From Eledone cirrhosa (taxonomy: Eukaryota), in the NCBI GenBank assembly GCA_964016885.1, contig OZ024740.1, forward strand, positions 362,762,001-362,826,000: a DNA stretch of 64,000 nt. Reading direction: 5' to 3'. Shown here piece after piece: positions 11,615 to 27,808 of the stretch (position 1 is the first letter of the stretch; the number at the start of each line of letters is the position of its first letter). The notes beneath the pieces were generated by a model that saw only the letters and a list, made by a program, of their open reading frames with translations, was not told where the DNA came from and made no database searches. A program made the translations under genes and the position numbers.

Positions 11615-14017
11615 ATGGATTATTACAACATAACCAATTCTACTAAAGACATTCCTATACCTGGTAAATCTGAATTCACCAAACTTCTTATTGAAAAAAC
11701 TGACTCCTTCGTAAGAAGACTTAGATGGACAGCCTATTTCTATGACCAGCGCCTAAAAGGGAACTTTCATACCAAAGAACACAACTTCCTCGATCATCTT
11801 TTTAATTCCAGACGAAATCCTCCTTCCAACAAAAATCTAGCACAATTCGAGGAAGAATTAACTAAAATTATAAAAAATCTTAAATTCAAGAGATACCCTT
11901 ACAAAGGACAAGAGCACCTTGTAAATCTCAAGAACACAATCTCTAACCTAAATTCCTCAAAAAATGTTTTAGTCCACTCTGACAAAACCAATAACCTATA
12001 TGGTATTTCCAAGGATAATTATAACAACCTTATCCTAAAGGAACTTAGGAAAAAGTATCGTAAAACCAACCATGAAAATTTAGAATGCATAAACCTTGAA
12101 GCCTATGAGATTATGTCAAAACTTGGCATTGAAAAAAAGACCGAACCATTCCTCCCAAGAACTCCGAGGATAAATCTCAAGGATCACAAAAACAATTTTC
12201 GCACTGAACTACCTGTTAGATTAATCGCCCCCTCTAAATCTGATCTGGGGGTTGTTAGTAAAGCCATCTTGGATAGGATTATCCCACAGGTTAGTTCTAA
12301 TTGCTCTTCTTTAAACCTAAATTTATGGTTTGGTACTTCTGAAGTGATTGGCTGGTTCAACAAATTGGATAATAAAAACAAACTAAAATTTATTCAATTC
12401 GATATTGCCAGCTACTATTCCTCCATTTCGCCTTCACTTCTCAATAATGCTCTATCTTTCGCACTTAAATATTCTGACATCACCACAGATGAACTTCACA
12501 TCATCCTCACCGCACGTAAAACCATCCTAGAGTTCAACAACGAATATTGGACCAGAGCCGATACCTCTAACAACTTCGACATCACAATGGGAGCATCCGA
12601 TTCATCCCAATTGACTGATTTAATTGGTATCTTCATTTTGAACTCTTTGAGTCGGAAAATTCCTCAACTTCGCGGTGGAATTTATCGTGACGATGGACTC
12701 TTTACTATCCTAAATTGCAATATAGTTAAACTTAATATTATTAAGAACAATATACGTAATCTCTTTAACCAACATAACCTAAAAATAGAATTTGATAATA
12801 GTACCAAACTAGCTAATTTCTTGGATGTATCTCTTAATCTTGACACTGGCCTATATTACCCTTACCATAAAAACAATGAGAATCTTAATTATGTTAACTT
12901 TAAATCTAACCATCCTACCAATATCAAGAATGCTATAGTTAATAATATTGGAAATAGAATATCTAACATATCTTCTAATAAAAACATCTTTGATGCTAAC
13001 GCCAATTACTATAATAACGCACTTTCTAAAGCCGGCTATCCAGATAAAATCAAATATAATAAAGAAACAAATTCTAGGAAAACTTACAGTAGAATATTTA
13101 ATCATAACCATTCCAATAATTTTAATAAAAGACCTAGATACAAAAACATAATCTGGTATAATGCTCCTTTCTCCATCTCTATTAATAACAATATTCCTAA
13201 ATTATTCTTTAGTGCCTTAAATAAATGCTTCCCTCCCTCACATATCTATAGTAAAATATTTAACAAACACACCATTAAATTTTCGTATTCTACATCCTCC
13301 AATATTTCCAACATCATTTCTAAACACAACAACAAAATATTAAATACTAAATCTCTTCCTTCCAATATTGAATCTCATAATAACAATAATAGTACTCCTG
13401 ACGTCATTGTAAACCCTAGGCTAACTTCTGTAAACCCAAATGCAACGTCAAACACAACTTCGCTAAATGTTCATAATCCAACTCTAAATCAAGAAACTAT
13501 TATTCCTATTATTCCTATCGCAAACAACTTCTCCAATCCAATTCCTTCTATAGATAACACTAGATCACTCATTAATAATCTCTCTAATTGCAACTGCCGC
13601 ATTAAAAATAAATGTCCTCTCAACAACCATTGCCTCGATAAAAACTTAATTTATGAATGTAAAATTATAACTAGCACCAACTCCTTCACCTATTTTGGCT
13701 CCACTTCCACCTCTTTTAAAGCTCGTCTCTATAATCATCATTCATCTTTCAAATACAAACTTAAAAGAACTAACACTGCTCTCTCAGAACTCATATGGTC
13801 CTTAAAAGACAAAAACATTAAATATAACATCTTTTGGAAAAAGATTTCTTCTGCATCCTCGTACTTGAACAGTTCTCTATCTAAAATCTGTAATCTCTGC
13901 CTAAATGAAAAATTTACCATTATCTCTAACCTAGAATCCATAATAAATAGACGCTCGGATTTGTTTTCCATCTGCCTGCATAAATTCCATAGAACTTTTC
14001 ACAAAGTATACAGTTAA
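11615..14017 (+). CDS. PLE reverse transcriptase plus C-terminal GIY-YIG endonuclease (~800 aa from the probable ATG)
   Basis: LKDHK, RLIAPSKS, QFDIASYYSSI, FDITMGA, IYRDDGL, NFLDVSL, SNHP; linker CNCRIKNKCPLNNHC; LIY..YFG, FKARLYNH, CNLC, NRRSDLFSICLH. ATG 11615 (MDYYN..KDIP) aligns with paralog starts at 43875 and 58201. Confidence 0.95.
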   Translation: MDYYNITNSTKDIPIPGKSEFTKLLIEKTDSFVRRLRWTAYFYDQRLKGNFHTKEHNFLDHLFNSRRNPPSNKNLAQFEEELTKIIKNLKFKRYPYKGQEHLVNLKNTISNLNSSKNVLVHSDKTNNLYGISKDNYNNLILKELRKKYRKTNHENLECINLEAYEIMSKLGIEKKTEPFLPRTPRINLKDHKNNFRTELPVRLIAPSKSDLGVVSKAILDRIIPQVSSNCSSLNLNLWFGTSEVIGWFNKLDNKNKLKFIQFDIASYYSSISPSLLNNALSFALKYSDITTDELHIILTARKTILEFNNEYWTRADTSNNFDITMGASDSSQLTDLIGIFILNSLSRKIPQLRGGIYRDDGLFTILNCNIVKLNIIKNNIRNLFNQHNLKIEFDNSTKLANFLDVSLNLDTGLYYPYHKNNENLNYVNFKSNHPTNIKNAIVNNIGNRISNISSNKNIFDANANYYNNALSKAGYPDKIKYNKETNSRKTYSRIFNHNHSNNFNKRPRYKNIIWYNAPFSISINNNIPKLFFSALNKCFPPSHIYSKIFNKHTIKFSYSTSSNISNIISKHNNKILNTKSLPSNIESHNNNNSTPDVIVNPRLTSVNPNATSNTTSLNVHNPTLNQETIIPIIPIANNFSNPIPSIDNTRSLINNLSNCNCRIKNKCPLNNHCLDKNLIYECKIITSTNSFTYFGSTSTSFKARLYNHHSSFKYKLKRTNTALSELIWSLKDKNIKYNIFWKKISSASSYLNSSLSKICNLCLNEKFTIISNLESIINRRSDLFSICLHKFHRTFHKVYS

Positions 14018-14072
14018 TATTCAATTCTTTATCAATTTAGAATCTTTTCTCAAAGGCACATATACATACACC

Positions 14073-14510
14073 TCTTTAAAATATACCCATCTACCTTACT
14101 TTAAAGGGCATTATACACTCTATAGTACTCGTTTACTCATTTACCTCATCTTATCTTCTCGTAAAACAATAACATTTGTTTTTGACATTTTGAATATTCA
14201 TCCGCAATCATTATTATTTTTTTTCCCTCTATCATAAATCTTTTTAATCTCAATTTCATCCTTAATTTATTATTATATATTTTTTTAATATATACTCATA
14301 TATTCTTTAAAATATACCCATCTACCTTACTTTAAAGGGCATTATACACTCTATAATACCCGTTTACTCATCACCCTCATTATATCTCCTCGTAAAACAA
14401 TAACATTTGTTTTTGACATTTTGAGTATTCATCCGCAATCATTATTATTTTTTCTCTCTATCATAAATCTTTTTAATCTCAATTTCATCCTTAATTTATT
14501 ATTATTTTTT
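14073..14510 (+). repeat. ~230-bp tandem duplication in the PLE 3'UTR
   Basis: TCTTTAAAATATACCCATCTACCTTACTTTAAAGGGCATTATACAC at ~14073 and ~14304. Confidence 0.85.
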
Positions 14511-15249
14511 TCTCCCCATCAACGAACTCATTATTAATACATATGAATTCAATATAAAACTCTAACTTCACATTATTTTTCTCAAATCCTATACATAAAC
14601 TTTTTCTCTTTGCTAATTTTAAAATTCCTACATTTCTCCTTTTGAATATTCACCCACAATTATTATTTTTTTTTTCTCTCTATCTCCATACATAATCTCC
14701 CTTCGTTATTTTTTTCTCTCTATCTCCATACATAATTTCCCTTCGTTAATTTTCAAATTCCTTTAATTTATACATTATCTTCCAACGGTTCCCAACCTCT
14801 CTATATTAAAACATTATATCTTTTTCTCAGTTATAAAAACTATCTCTTTCTCTCTATCACCCATCTCTCCCTTTCCACCTTCACTCTCATCTCCTCCCCT
14901 TTTTTTCATCCTTTCCACCCCCACCCCTCCCTAAATATAATATATTTTTTCCTCGCACATATCCTCCCTTCGTTAATTTTCAAAATTTTTAATTTATACA
15001 GTATCTTCCAACGGTTTTCAACCCCTCTATATAAAATATATCTCCTCTCTGTTATAAAAAACTATCTCTTTCTCTCTATCACCCATCTCTCCCTCTCATC
15101 TCCTTCCCTTTTCATCCTTTTCTCTCCCCCCCTCTCTAAATAAAATATTTTTCCCAATATCACACATCAATCTAAAACCACTTTTCATATGTTGATTTAA
15201 AACTGCACTATCAACAAGTGTTTTTTTAGCCTTCATATCATGTTCTCCT

Positions 15250-15318
15250 GTTTTATCTGATGAAAACACAAATATTATTGTTTGATGATGTTTGTTTTTG
15301 AAATGCGCATAATAAAAT
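15250..15318 (+). ncRNA. Minimal type-I hammerhead ribozyme in 3' pLTR
   Basis: Same sequence as 11341-11409. Confidence 0.88.
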
Positions 15319-15349
15319 ATATTGAACTCCTTTAACCATCTTTTGATCT

Positions 15350-15387
<38 letters not shown>

Positions 15388-15414
15388 TATATATATACAC
15401 TATATATATACGTA

Positions 15415-15455
<41 letters not shown>

Positions 15456-15530
15456 TATATATATACGTATATATATAAATATACACTATATATATATATA
15501 TATACACTGTATATATATATATACACTGTA

Positions 15531-15636
<106 letters not shown>

Positions 15637-15761
15637 TTATATATACATTGTATATATATACAATACATATGTGTGTGTAGGTATGTTTGTTTTTATGCGG
15701 CCGGGGAGTGTATATCAAACACAGACAAATTATCTACCTACACAGTGAATGTGTGTTACAT

Positions 15762-15925
<164 letters not shown>

Positions 15926-15942
15926 ATGTGTATATATTTGTG

Positions 15943-16047
<105 letters not shown>

Positions 16048-17009
16048 CAAGTAAGTATGTTTTGAAACAGTGGGCAGGTTTGAAATTAAAAATTAGAATA
16101 GCTTTCACCGTATTTTTGACTAAAGGAATTTTAGTCTGATAATGTAGTCAATACTCTTCTTTTTCCATTTATCTGACGGTTATAAACCCCATTATCAGAC
16201 TAAAAAGCCTTTAGTCAAAAATACGGTGAAAGATATATATATATGTATATATATGTATATATATTTATATGTATATATATATGTATACATATATATATGT
16301 CGTAGACGAGAGAGAATAAAGACCATCCGACCTGGTCGAAGTGTGAGTGAGGAAAGAATCTCGCACAGGTCAAATGGGAGGAAGTAGGAGAGGGAGTAAC
16401 AGAAGGTGAGTGAGTGAAAATGGGAGGAAGAGAGAGTGACTGGTAGAGGGGGTAAAAGGAAGTGAGAGATACAGAGAAAAGGGGAAGCAGTAAGAAAGAA
16501 ACAGACGGGTCACGTCGGAGGAAAATATATATGAGAAATATGAAAACATGGCGTGCTGCGTGGTTGCAAATGGGTTACATATGAATAAATTTAGTCCTTC
16601 ATCAGTGATCTTCCAACCTTCATTGGTATTTCATCTCTTTAAAGACCACATACCTCTGGTTGGTGCGAGCAACGGCTAAAGAAAGTCGTTGGGACACGTA
16701 ATTGTTTGTTTAATGTCTCGCGCGTTCCCCCGATTTCAGGGACTTGACTCCTTCTTCCCCCCGTTTGACCTGTGCGAAATTCTTTCCTTACTCACATTTC
16801 GACCAGGTTTGATGGTCTTTATTCTCTCTCGTCCACGATTTCACAGAACTTATGTTCATCGATTTCAGGGACTTGACTCCTTCTTCCTCACTTTTCGTTG
16901 CATTACCATTTTGTTTGTTTACTGTCTCGCTCGTTCCCCCTTATTTACGTGTCCCAGCGACTTTCTTTAGCCGTTGCTCGCACCAACCAGAGGTATAAGG
17001 TCTTTAAAG

Positions 17010-17120
17010 ATCTTTTGATCTTATATTATGCATACTCCAGTCCCACAAACTGTAGAGTGCTTCTTATCCGATATCTGCATTGCTTTATTGTACTACAATA
17101 AAACTCACCTCCTACATTTA
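17010..17120 (+). mobile_element. Isolated 110-bp PLE tail segment (copy of 11429-11539) ending in (TA)n
   Basis: ATCTTTTGATCTTATATTATGCATACTCCAG...CTCACCTCCTACATTTA matches the region upstream of the ORF. Confidence 0.93.
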
Positions 17121-17388
17121 TATATATATATATATATATATATACGTATATATATAGTGTATATATATAGTGTATATATATATATAGTGTATATATATAT
17201 ATATATATAGTGCATATATATATATAGTATATATATATATATAGTGCATATATATATATAGTGCATATATATATATATATATACGTATATATATAGTATA
17301 TATATACGTATATATAGTGTATATATATATATATATACGTATATATATATATACGTATATATATATATATACGTATATATATATATAC

Positions 17389-17424
<36 letters not shown>

Positions 17425-17550
17425 CATATATATATATACGTATATATATAGTGTATATATATATACGTATATATAGTGTATATATATATATATACGTATA
17501 TAATGAAATGACAGGAGGCTGGATTTGTGTAAATCCTTGAAAGGTTTATT

Positions 17551-17608
17551 ATACTATGATCATTTCAATGACCGGGTTCCGTATGAATCCGGTGATATCA
17601 TCAGGTAT
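17551..17608 (-). ncRNA. Minimal type-I hammerhead ribozyme
   Basis: Mirror of 20531-20588. Confidence 0.75.
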
Positions 17609-18739
17609 TCGAAATATAATACGTGAATGTAATAGATAAAATCCATGGGGCTGAAAATCGAGGGCCCGAGGGCGACCGCTATTCTGTTCCTTCAACCTCA
17701 GCCGGTCGCCCTCGAGTGACGTGGCTAAAGTTTACAGTATGCTACTACCGGTCAGATAAACGAAAACCGAAAGGGATGGGAACATAAGTTAGCGTCAATC
17801 TCATGCCACAATGTAAAAGAAAGAAAAAAAGGAAGGAGAGAGAAGAAGGGGGAAGAAAGAAGAAGAGAAGCCATGATTAATGTCAGCTATAAGAAGAAAG
17901 GCAACTACTACCGGTCAGATATAGGCAAGCAAAAGGGGGAAGGAAGATAAGTCTGCGGGAGGAAGACAGGAAGAGGGGAGAAGAGAAGGAAGAGAAGAGA
18001 GAAGTAGAAAAGTAAGGGTTGATGGCTACAAGACGGAAGATAGAAAGAAAGAGGAAGAAAGGTCGATATTAATGTCAGACCACAGTCAGGCCAGGAGTGG
18101 CGCGAGAAAATGTTCACAGGGACCCGCATCTTAGCAGAGGTGAATATATTGGGAGTCAGTGTGTTACAATGTTTAGACTTATAGGATGAAGTTAAAAAAT
18201 TAATAATCAATATTAAAGACGTTAGAAAATTTAAAGTTCAACAGTTTAACATTTTCAGGTTGATATATCTAATAGTTCCGATTTGTTCTGTAATTTAAAG
18301 GTACTATGTGGCGGTTAAAACACCGGCCGCGCTCCGGGCCCCATGGCGAATTAAGCTACGCCGAGTATTTTCATTTACCGAAAGAAGGGGAAATTTATTT
18401 TTCCAAGCACTCCAGGTAAGCTCGTGCGCCAGAAGGCCGGTCGCGCCCCCATTAAAACCCACCCAACAGTCCGACAGAAAGTTGGAACTTTAAAATATTG
18501 CTTAACTTTATCGAATGAAGTTGAAAGAATTCAGAATAACATTATAAAATTAAAGAGTAAGAAGATTGAGAATTGAACAAACAGAAAATTGAAGATTAAA
18601 CATTCAAAAAAGTTCTATGAGGTTTTGAGTTGCGGGGTTTAATTAAAGAGAGTCTTTTATGAAGAAACGTTAATTGTATTATGTAGATCTGTAATTTATC
18701 CTAGTGGGATGTAGAGTACGGGATATAGTCGTGTAATAT

Positions 18740-19465
18740 TTATTTTTGTTCTCAGGAGGAGACATTCTAGTGTCGTGTGCTAATGGGTACAAGTCCCAAT
18801 GTGAGGAGTAGAAATACATGGATACATAGAAGTGGAATACGTGGAAGAGCACATTGGTACAGCAAAGGTATAAATATATAAACATATCAATATATAGGTA
18901 TAAATATGTAAATAAACCAACAAGAGTGGTGTTGGAGTAAGATGGAGAAATCAAGACATAGGAGAATTACAATATAGTTCAGGTTCCAGTATTTATGTTC
19001 CCGGGGGGGGGGGGGGGGGGAGAGACAATCCTGTGTCGTGTGCTAAGGGTACACGCGAGTAAAAGTCCGAATAAGGGAAGTAAAAAGTACATGGATGTAT
19101 AAAGGTAGAGTACGTGGAAAGGCATTAATACAGCATATAAAGATGTGAAGATATAAATAAACAAACAAGAGTCGTTGTCTAGTAAATGGAGAGTTCAAGA
19201 CACAGGAGAAATATAATATAGTACAGGTTGCAGTATTTATGTTCCCAGGGGGAGATATTACAGTGTCGTGTGCTAAGGGTACATGCGAGTAAAAGTCCGA
19301 ATAAGGGAGGTAGAAAGTACATAGATGTATAGAGGTAGAATACGTGGAGAAGCATTAATACAGCAAATAAAGATGTAAAGATATAAATAAACAAACAAGA
19401 GTCGTTGTCTATTAAATGGAGAGTTCAAGATACAGGAGAAATACAATATAGTTCAAGTTGCAGTC
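18740..19465. repeat. ~3 diverged tandem units of ~230-245 bp
   Basis: GTGTCGTGTGCTAA(T/-)GGGTAC recurs at ~18770, 19033 and 19263. Confidence 0.8.
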
Positions 19466-20530
19466 AGATAATGCATATAGATGTGGAAACAGTGTGTGTT
19501 CGAGTCTGGAAGTTAAGTGTGAGTTATACTTGTCCAGAAGTATAGGGTAGCGATTTAGTTAATACAGTGCAGTACAATACATATTATGATCTAATCCGTG
19601 GAGTTTCGTCGAAGTTCGAATATTCTGAGAGGGAAGTAGCAATGGGCCAGGCGAAAACACCGAGTAGCCAAAGTTCGAATTGTGGTTAGATATATTCAGT
19701 CCCACGCACGAGCTTACCTGGAGTGCTTGGAAAAATAAATTTCCCCTTCTTTCGGTAAATGAAAATACTCGGCGTAGCTTAATTCGCCATGGGGCCCGGA
19801 GCGCGGCCGGTGTTTTAACCGCCACATAGTACCTTTAAATTACAGAACAAATCGGAACTATTAGATATATCAACCTGAAAATGTTAAACTGTTGAACTTT
19901 AAATTTTCTAACCTCTTTAATATTGAATATTGATTATTAATATTTTAGCTTGATCCTATAAGTCTAAACATTGTAACACACTGACTCCCAATATATTCAC
20001 CTCTGCTAAGATGCGGGTCCCTGTAAAAATTTTCTCGCGCCACTCCTGCCTGACTGTGGTCTGACATTAATATCGACCTTTCTTCCTCTTTCTTTCTATC
20101 TTCCTTCTTGTAGCCATCAACCCTAACTTTTCTACTTCTCTCTTCTCTTCATTCTCTTCTCCCCTCTTCCTGTCTTCCTCCCGCAGACTTATCTTCCTTC
20201 CCCCTTTTGCTTGCCTATATCTCACCGGTAGTAGTTACCTTTCTTCTTATAGTTGACATTAACCCTGGTTTCTATTTTTCTTTCCTCCCCATTCTTCTCT
20301 CTCCTTCCTTTCTTTCTTTCTTTTACCTTGTGGCATGAAATTGACGCTAACTTATGTTCCCATCCCTTTCTGTTTTCATTTATCTGACCGGTAGTAGCAT
20401 ACTGTAAACTTTAGCCACGTCACTCGAGGGCGACCGGCTGAGGTTGAAGGAACAGAATAGCGGTCGCCCTCGGGTCCTCGATTATCAGCCCCATGGATTT
20501 TATCTATTACATTCACGTATTATATTTCGA

Positions 20531-20588
20531 ATACCTGATGATATCACCGGATTCATAGGGAACCCGGTCATTGAAATGATCATAGTAT
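20531..20588 (+). ncRNA. Minimal type-I hammerhead ribozyme
   Basis: ATAC-CTGATGA-stem II (ACCGG..CCGGT)-GAAA-TGATCA-TA-GTAT, followed by AATAAA. Confidence 0.78.
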
Positions 20589-20638
20589 AATAAACCTTTC
20601 AAGGATTTACACAAATCCAGCCTCCTGTCATTTCATTA

Positions 20639-23416
<2,778 letters not shown>

Positions 23417-23421
<5 letters not shown>

Positions 23422-23620
23422 ATACTTTGGGAAGGTCATGTTGCCAATAAGAAACACACGCACCAGTTGCTTTCACTTCAATTTATTATAATAAATTGAA
23501 GTGAAAGCAACTGGTGCGTGTGTTTCTTATTGGCAACATGACCCTCCCAAAGTATAACACTATCGGTTTCAACACACGTTTTCAGATAAAGAATTTTGCT
23601 AAACAAATTCTGAAACGAAA
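23417..23620. mobile_element. Hairpin of PLE tail sequence (centre 23488/23489)
   Basis: CAATTTATTA|TAATAAATTG with ~70-bp arms; same tail as 28834-28950. Confidence 0.85.
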
Positions 23621-23639
23621 TATATATATATATATATAC

Positions 23640-23714
<75 letters not shown>

Positions 23715-23719
23715 TATAC

Positions 23720-23774
<55 letters not shown>

Positions 23775-23777
23775 TAC

Positions 23778-23861
<84 letters not shown>

Positions 23862-25263
23862 TTATGTTTGTTTTTGTGTGAAGGGGGAGTGTATGTCAAA
23901 TTTATCAATCACAGACAAATTATCTACTTACACACTGAATGTGTGTTACATATTGACATTTATTTTATAACCAGACACTAATCAAACTTTTTGCTTGTAC
24001 TATCTTTCTTTGAAATATACAATTGTTTAATTCAATAATGTTCTACCTACTGCTTGAATAACGAACCATCCAGTAATGCTTCATTAAGAAACACTTTCAT
24101 ATGAAGAGTATAATTTTTCCAATGTACTTCATTCAATGATTATATTTTTGACATTTGACAATTATTCAGTAAATCTATTTAGATGGGAGGACTCAACAAA
24201 CATTCAATTATTTTTCGAGACAATTGGGGAGCATGTACGTGTTCCGTTAAATGTAACAGCTAAATAGTGAGTCTCTACTTGGTCTGTTAGTTATATTTGA
24301 GGAGCCGATCGTCAAATCGGACTAAATGTTTCGATTGGTCCTTTCATTGCTGATATTACCAATGACAGAGTGAGCAACATAAGATATGATCCTCAGTCCA
24401 ATACCTTAACTACTAAATACAGCAACCAACTAAATTTCCCTGAAATCAGTGGATACCTTAAGAAATAAGGAACAATCTGTGGGATAATAATGCAAAACAA
24501 TGTAAACCCTAGCAAAAGCGATATTATTGCCTCCTCGATTAGGTTTCCACTGGAACTAAACACCACCATTAACAATAGAACAACAACATCAGCAACACCG
24601 AGCCTACGAGGAAGCCTCTATGAGAAATAGCAGCCAACTCTCCCTTAAATGACACCCTATGGTCTTTAAATCTGAGCTTCCGTTGGTTAATTATAATGTA
24701 GTACTAGGTACTGTAATAAATTAGTGTTGCACACTTAACTATAGAATACATCTTTATATTTTAGACAACATTGTATGCAATGGCGAATTAAAGAGAAGGT
24801 ATGGACAAAGAAGTATCAGCCAGACAAATTTGACCCCTTTCCTAGTCTGTGTATCCTCTTTAACTGACCGCAAAGTCGCTGCTGTTTAATTCATTTTTAC
24901 TGGTGGTTTAAGTACATTATATCACATTGAATATATAATATATTCTCGGCAGCTGGTTTAATGAATCTATTAATGGCGTGTAAACAGTGTTGTTGTCTTT
25001 TCCCTGTTAACCCTCGCTGGCAGAGAGAACGGAAGGTATATGATGATGATGGCGATGATATACTATACTACAAAATATATCTATAGTATTTATTGCCAAA
25101 GCTATATGGGAATGACATTTCCAAGGATGAACCTTATTTTCTACTCAAGGGAAATAGGGTGAATTTCGAGTGTGTTTTTTTTTCTCCCCTATTCTTTTTT
25201 CATTTTCCTCGTTCCTTCCTCTCATCGCTCTTTACTTTCTATTTATCTTCTATTTCCAACTCT

Positions 25264-25301
25264 ATCTTCTGATGAAGGAGTTGTGTCTGAAACGTTAAGA
25301 T
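25264..25301 (+). ncRNA. Minimal hammerhead ribozyme in a solo pLTR-like remnant (~25170-25392)
   Basis: ATCTT-CTGATGA-AGGAGTTGTGTCT-GAAA-CG-TT-AAGAT with palindromic AACGTT; weak stem II. Confidence 0.6.
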
Positions 25302-25388
25302 TCTCTTCCTGCTATTTCAAAAGTTAAACATATATTTCTTTCATCTACTGTGCTGTTTGTTTTGCTATTTTTGTTATTTCTGTTTACC

Positions 25389-25499
<111 letters not shown>

Positions 25500-25889
25500 G
25501 AACTCTTTGTTTGTAAAAGAAACAAAAAAAATTATATATTTTCAAGTAATCCTGGAACATCTCCTAAACAGAAAACTGTGAAACGTGATTTTTCACGTAC
25601 AATAACAACAATAAAAAAGATTTCCAATTTAATCACGAGGCCAGCAATTTATGAGGAGGGAATAGTTGATTATACCGACACCCACTACTTGACTAATACT
25701 TTATCCTATTGGCCCTGAAGGACGAAAGGCAAAGTTTACCTCGATGGGATTTGAAGAATATGTGAATAATATGTCCAAAGACATATTATTTTCTAGCCAA
25801 AGGAAATAGGGTGGATGTTTATATAACCCCAAGAAACTAAATGCCGCAAAGCATTTTGTCCAACGATCTGACTATTCTGTCTATCTTCT

Positions 25890-26095
25890 AATAATGGTTT
25901 CTAATTTAGGCCCAAAGCCAATAATTTTGTGCGGAGAGATACTTCGACCTAGTGCTCGACTGCTACTTTATTTCATCGACCTCTGAAGGGATGAAAGACC
26001 TCGGTGGGATTTGAACTTTAAATGTAAAGGGCCGTTACTGAATGCCATTATACCTTTTGTCCGACGTTCTAACGATTCTACCAATCCACCACCCA
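25890..26095 (-). mobile_element. Diverged tRNA-derived SINE (further fragment at ~25635-25755)
   Basis: Similar to 2441-2633: CCTCGGTGGGATTTGAAC..GATTCTACCAATCCACC. Confidence 0.7.
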
Positions 26096-27466
26096 CCACC
26101 TCCAATCTGCTTCTATGATAATTCAAACATTTTTACATTCTATCATAACTTTGTTTACAATTCAGATCTATGAGCGCCAGTTATATAACCAATCTCTCTA
26201 GATACTTTTTGTTTATATAAGTTCTGATATCTCAATACATATTAATGTAGAACAATAATATGATAATCGATGCATCACAAATTTGTAATAATTATAGTAT
26301 AAAAATACCGCCGAAATTTCAAGATTTCTTTCAGAAAATTTCTCAATAACTGACTTCTAGCATTTTCTTTCTAATTAAAAGGTTCCAGAACTTTCAATCG
26401 GAGTTTATTTTTATTCCCATATTTCTGAAAACCTTTACAAACCTTTAACAAATGAAAACAATATACCATAAAATGAATAAATTTAGGATATTTGTTTCTA
26501 ATTTTATGAGAATAGGAATAAATATGACCATTAATCATTGTATTATATTCTATATTTGTTTAAATGGAATACTGTAAACGACCACTCCAAGCAGTTCATT
26601 GACCGATATATTACACACATGAACGGATATTTCCAATAGGTCTAAGGTTGGTTTGGTTACGTCTGCATAAATATTAGCCTTTTGTTCATTAAAACTTGTG
26701 TCTGTGCAACTATTCAGTTGTCTATTTATGTTCAATAATCCTGTCAGTCAGATGTATTGTAGTTGTTCTTTGAGGCGAACAAAACCACCAAGTACTGATT
26801 TCATTGATCCTTCGATGACATTGATCCTTCTATGACATAATGAAATCCTTACGTTAAACAACTTTCGATCCCAACCCACCAAAAACCAGCTCTGATTCTA
26901 TGAAAAAAACCCCACCCATTTTAAAGAGTTCCTATTTAAATTAAAAGCTTCCAGCATTATTTTATAATTTTATATAAGAATCTTTCCATAAATTTCATTA
27001 CAAATGTCGTCAAAATAATGAAATAACTCATGTTAGTGTATTTCATTAGAAATATAGTAATGAAATGTTTAATGACGTATGCAGAAGAAAGAAAAAAGGG
27101 CAACGCCCATGACCCTCACTAAGGCCTCATTAGGGATAAGAGGCGGTTGGGAGGGCAAGTGTTATTCTCAGACCTATTTTGAATGTGTGCAGCAATATGA
27201 ACTCCGCTAAAAACACAGAAATGCAGGTGGTGGTGTTAAACCAGGTGGCATACAGCATCTACACTTGTCAAAGAAGCGATGGTCAATTCATCTAACTTTC
27301 AGATCTTCCGCCGACCAAATTTTATCGACAATATTAATGTAACATTTTAAATGTTTTATCAACAAGATCAATGTAACATTTTAAATGTTTTATGTGTAAG
27401 TTACATATTTACACAGGCATGTACTATATCGTTTGCTTTGTTAACACACACACATATATATACATA

Positions 27467-27570
<104 letters not shown>

Positions 27571-27808
27571 CCAGGGATTTGATTCCAGAGTCAAGCTAGA
27601 TCAATACGGCTCGAACCAATACGGATCAGTAGCAAAACGCGCGTCGTCAACCATTAAACGCAATAAAGGAGTACCATTCGTCCTTATATATATATATATA
27701 TATAAGATAAAAATACTTGAGTGCGTTAGAGTTAAACACACTCGTCGTATTAGAGAAATGACAGTATAAGATATAGCTCAATGCTATCAAACAGAGCCGA
27801 AATAATTT

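Larger units (their letters stand above)
10850..15356 (+). mobile_element. Penelope-like element, apparently intact, unit ~3.9 kb, Hydra-clade-like
   Basis: ~600-bp direct repeats (10850-11449 and ~14758-15356) flank one RT-EN ORF; HHR in each repeat; 3' end in (TA)n. Confidence 0.95.
17501..20638. mobile_element. Non-coding HHR-bearing element with ~930-bp inverted arms (17501-18428 and 19705-20638) and a 1.28-kb spacer
   Basis: Arms are near-identical reverse complements, each ending at (TA)n; HHR plus AATAAA near each outer end; no RT ORF. Confidence 0.85.

Noticed and set aside
7729-13971. Short antisense or alternate-frame ORFs within the PLE ORFs
   Set aside because: Shadow frames with no motifs; duplicated only because of the palindrome
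18308-19825. Paired ORFs starting MAVKTPAALRAP
   Set aside because: GTG starts inside inverted arms; no domain recognised
26550-26850. Coding-looking stretch on the minus strand
   Set aside because: Internal stop and a small duplication; no recognisable homology or splice evidence
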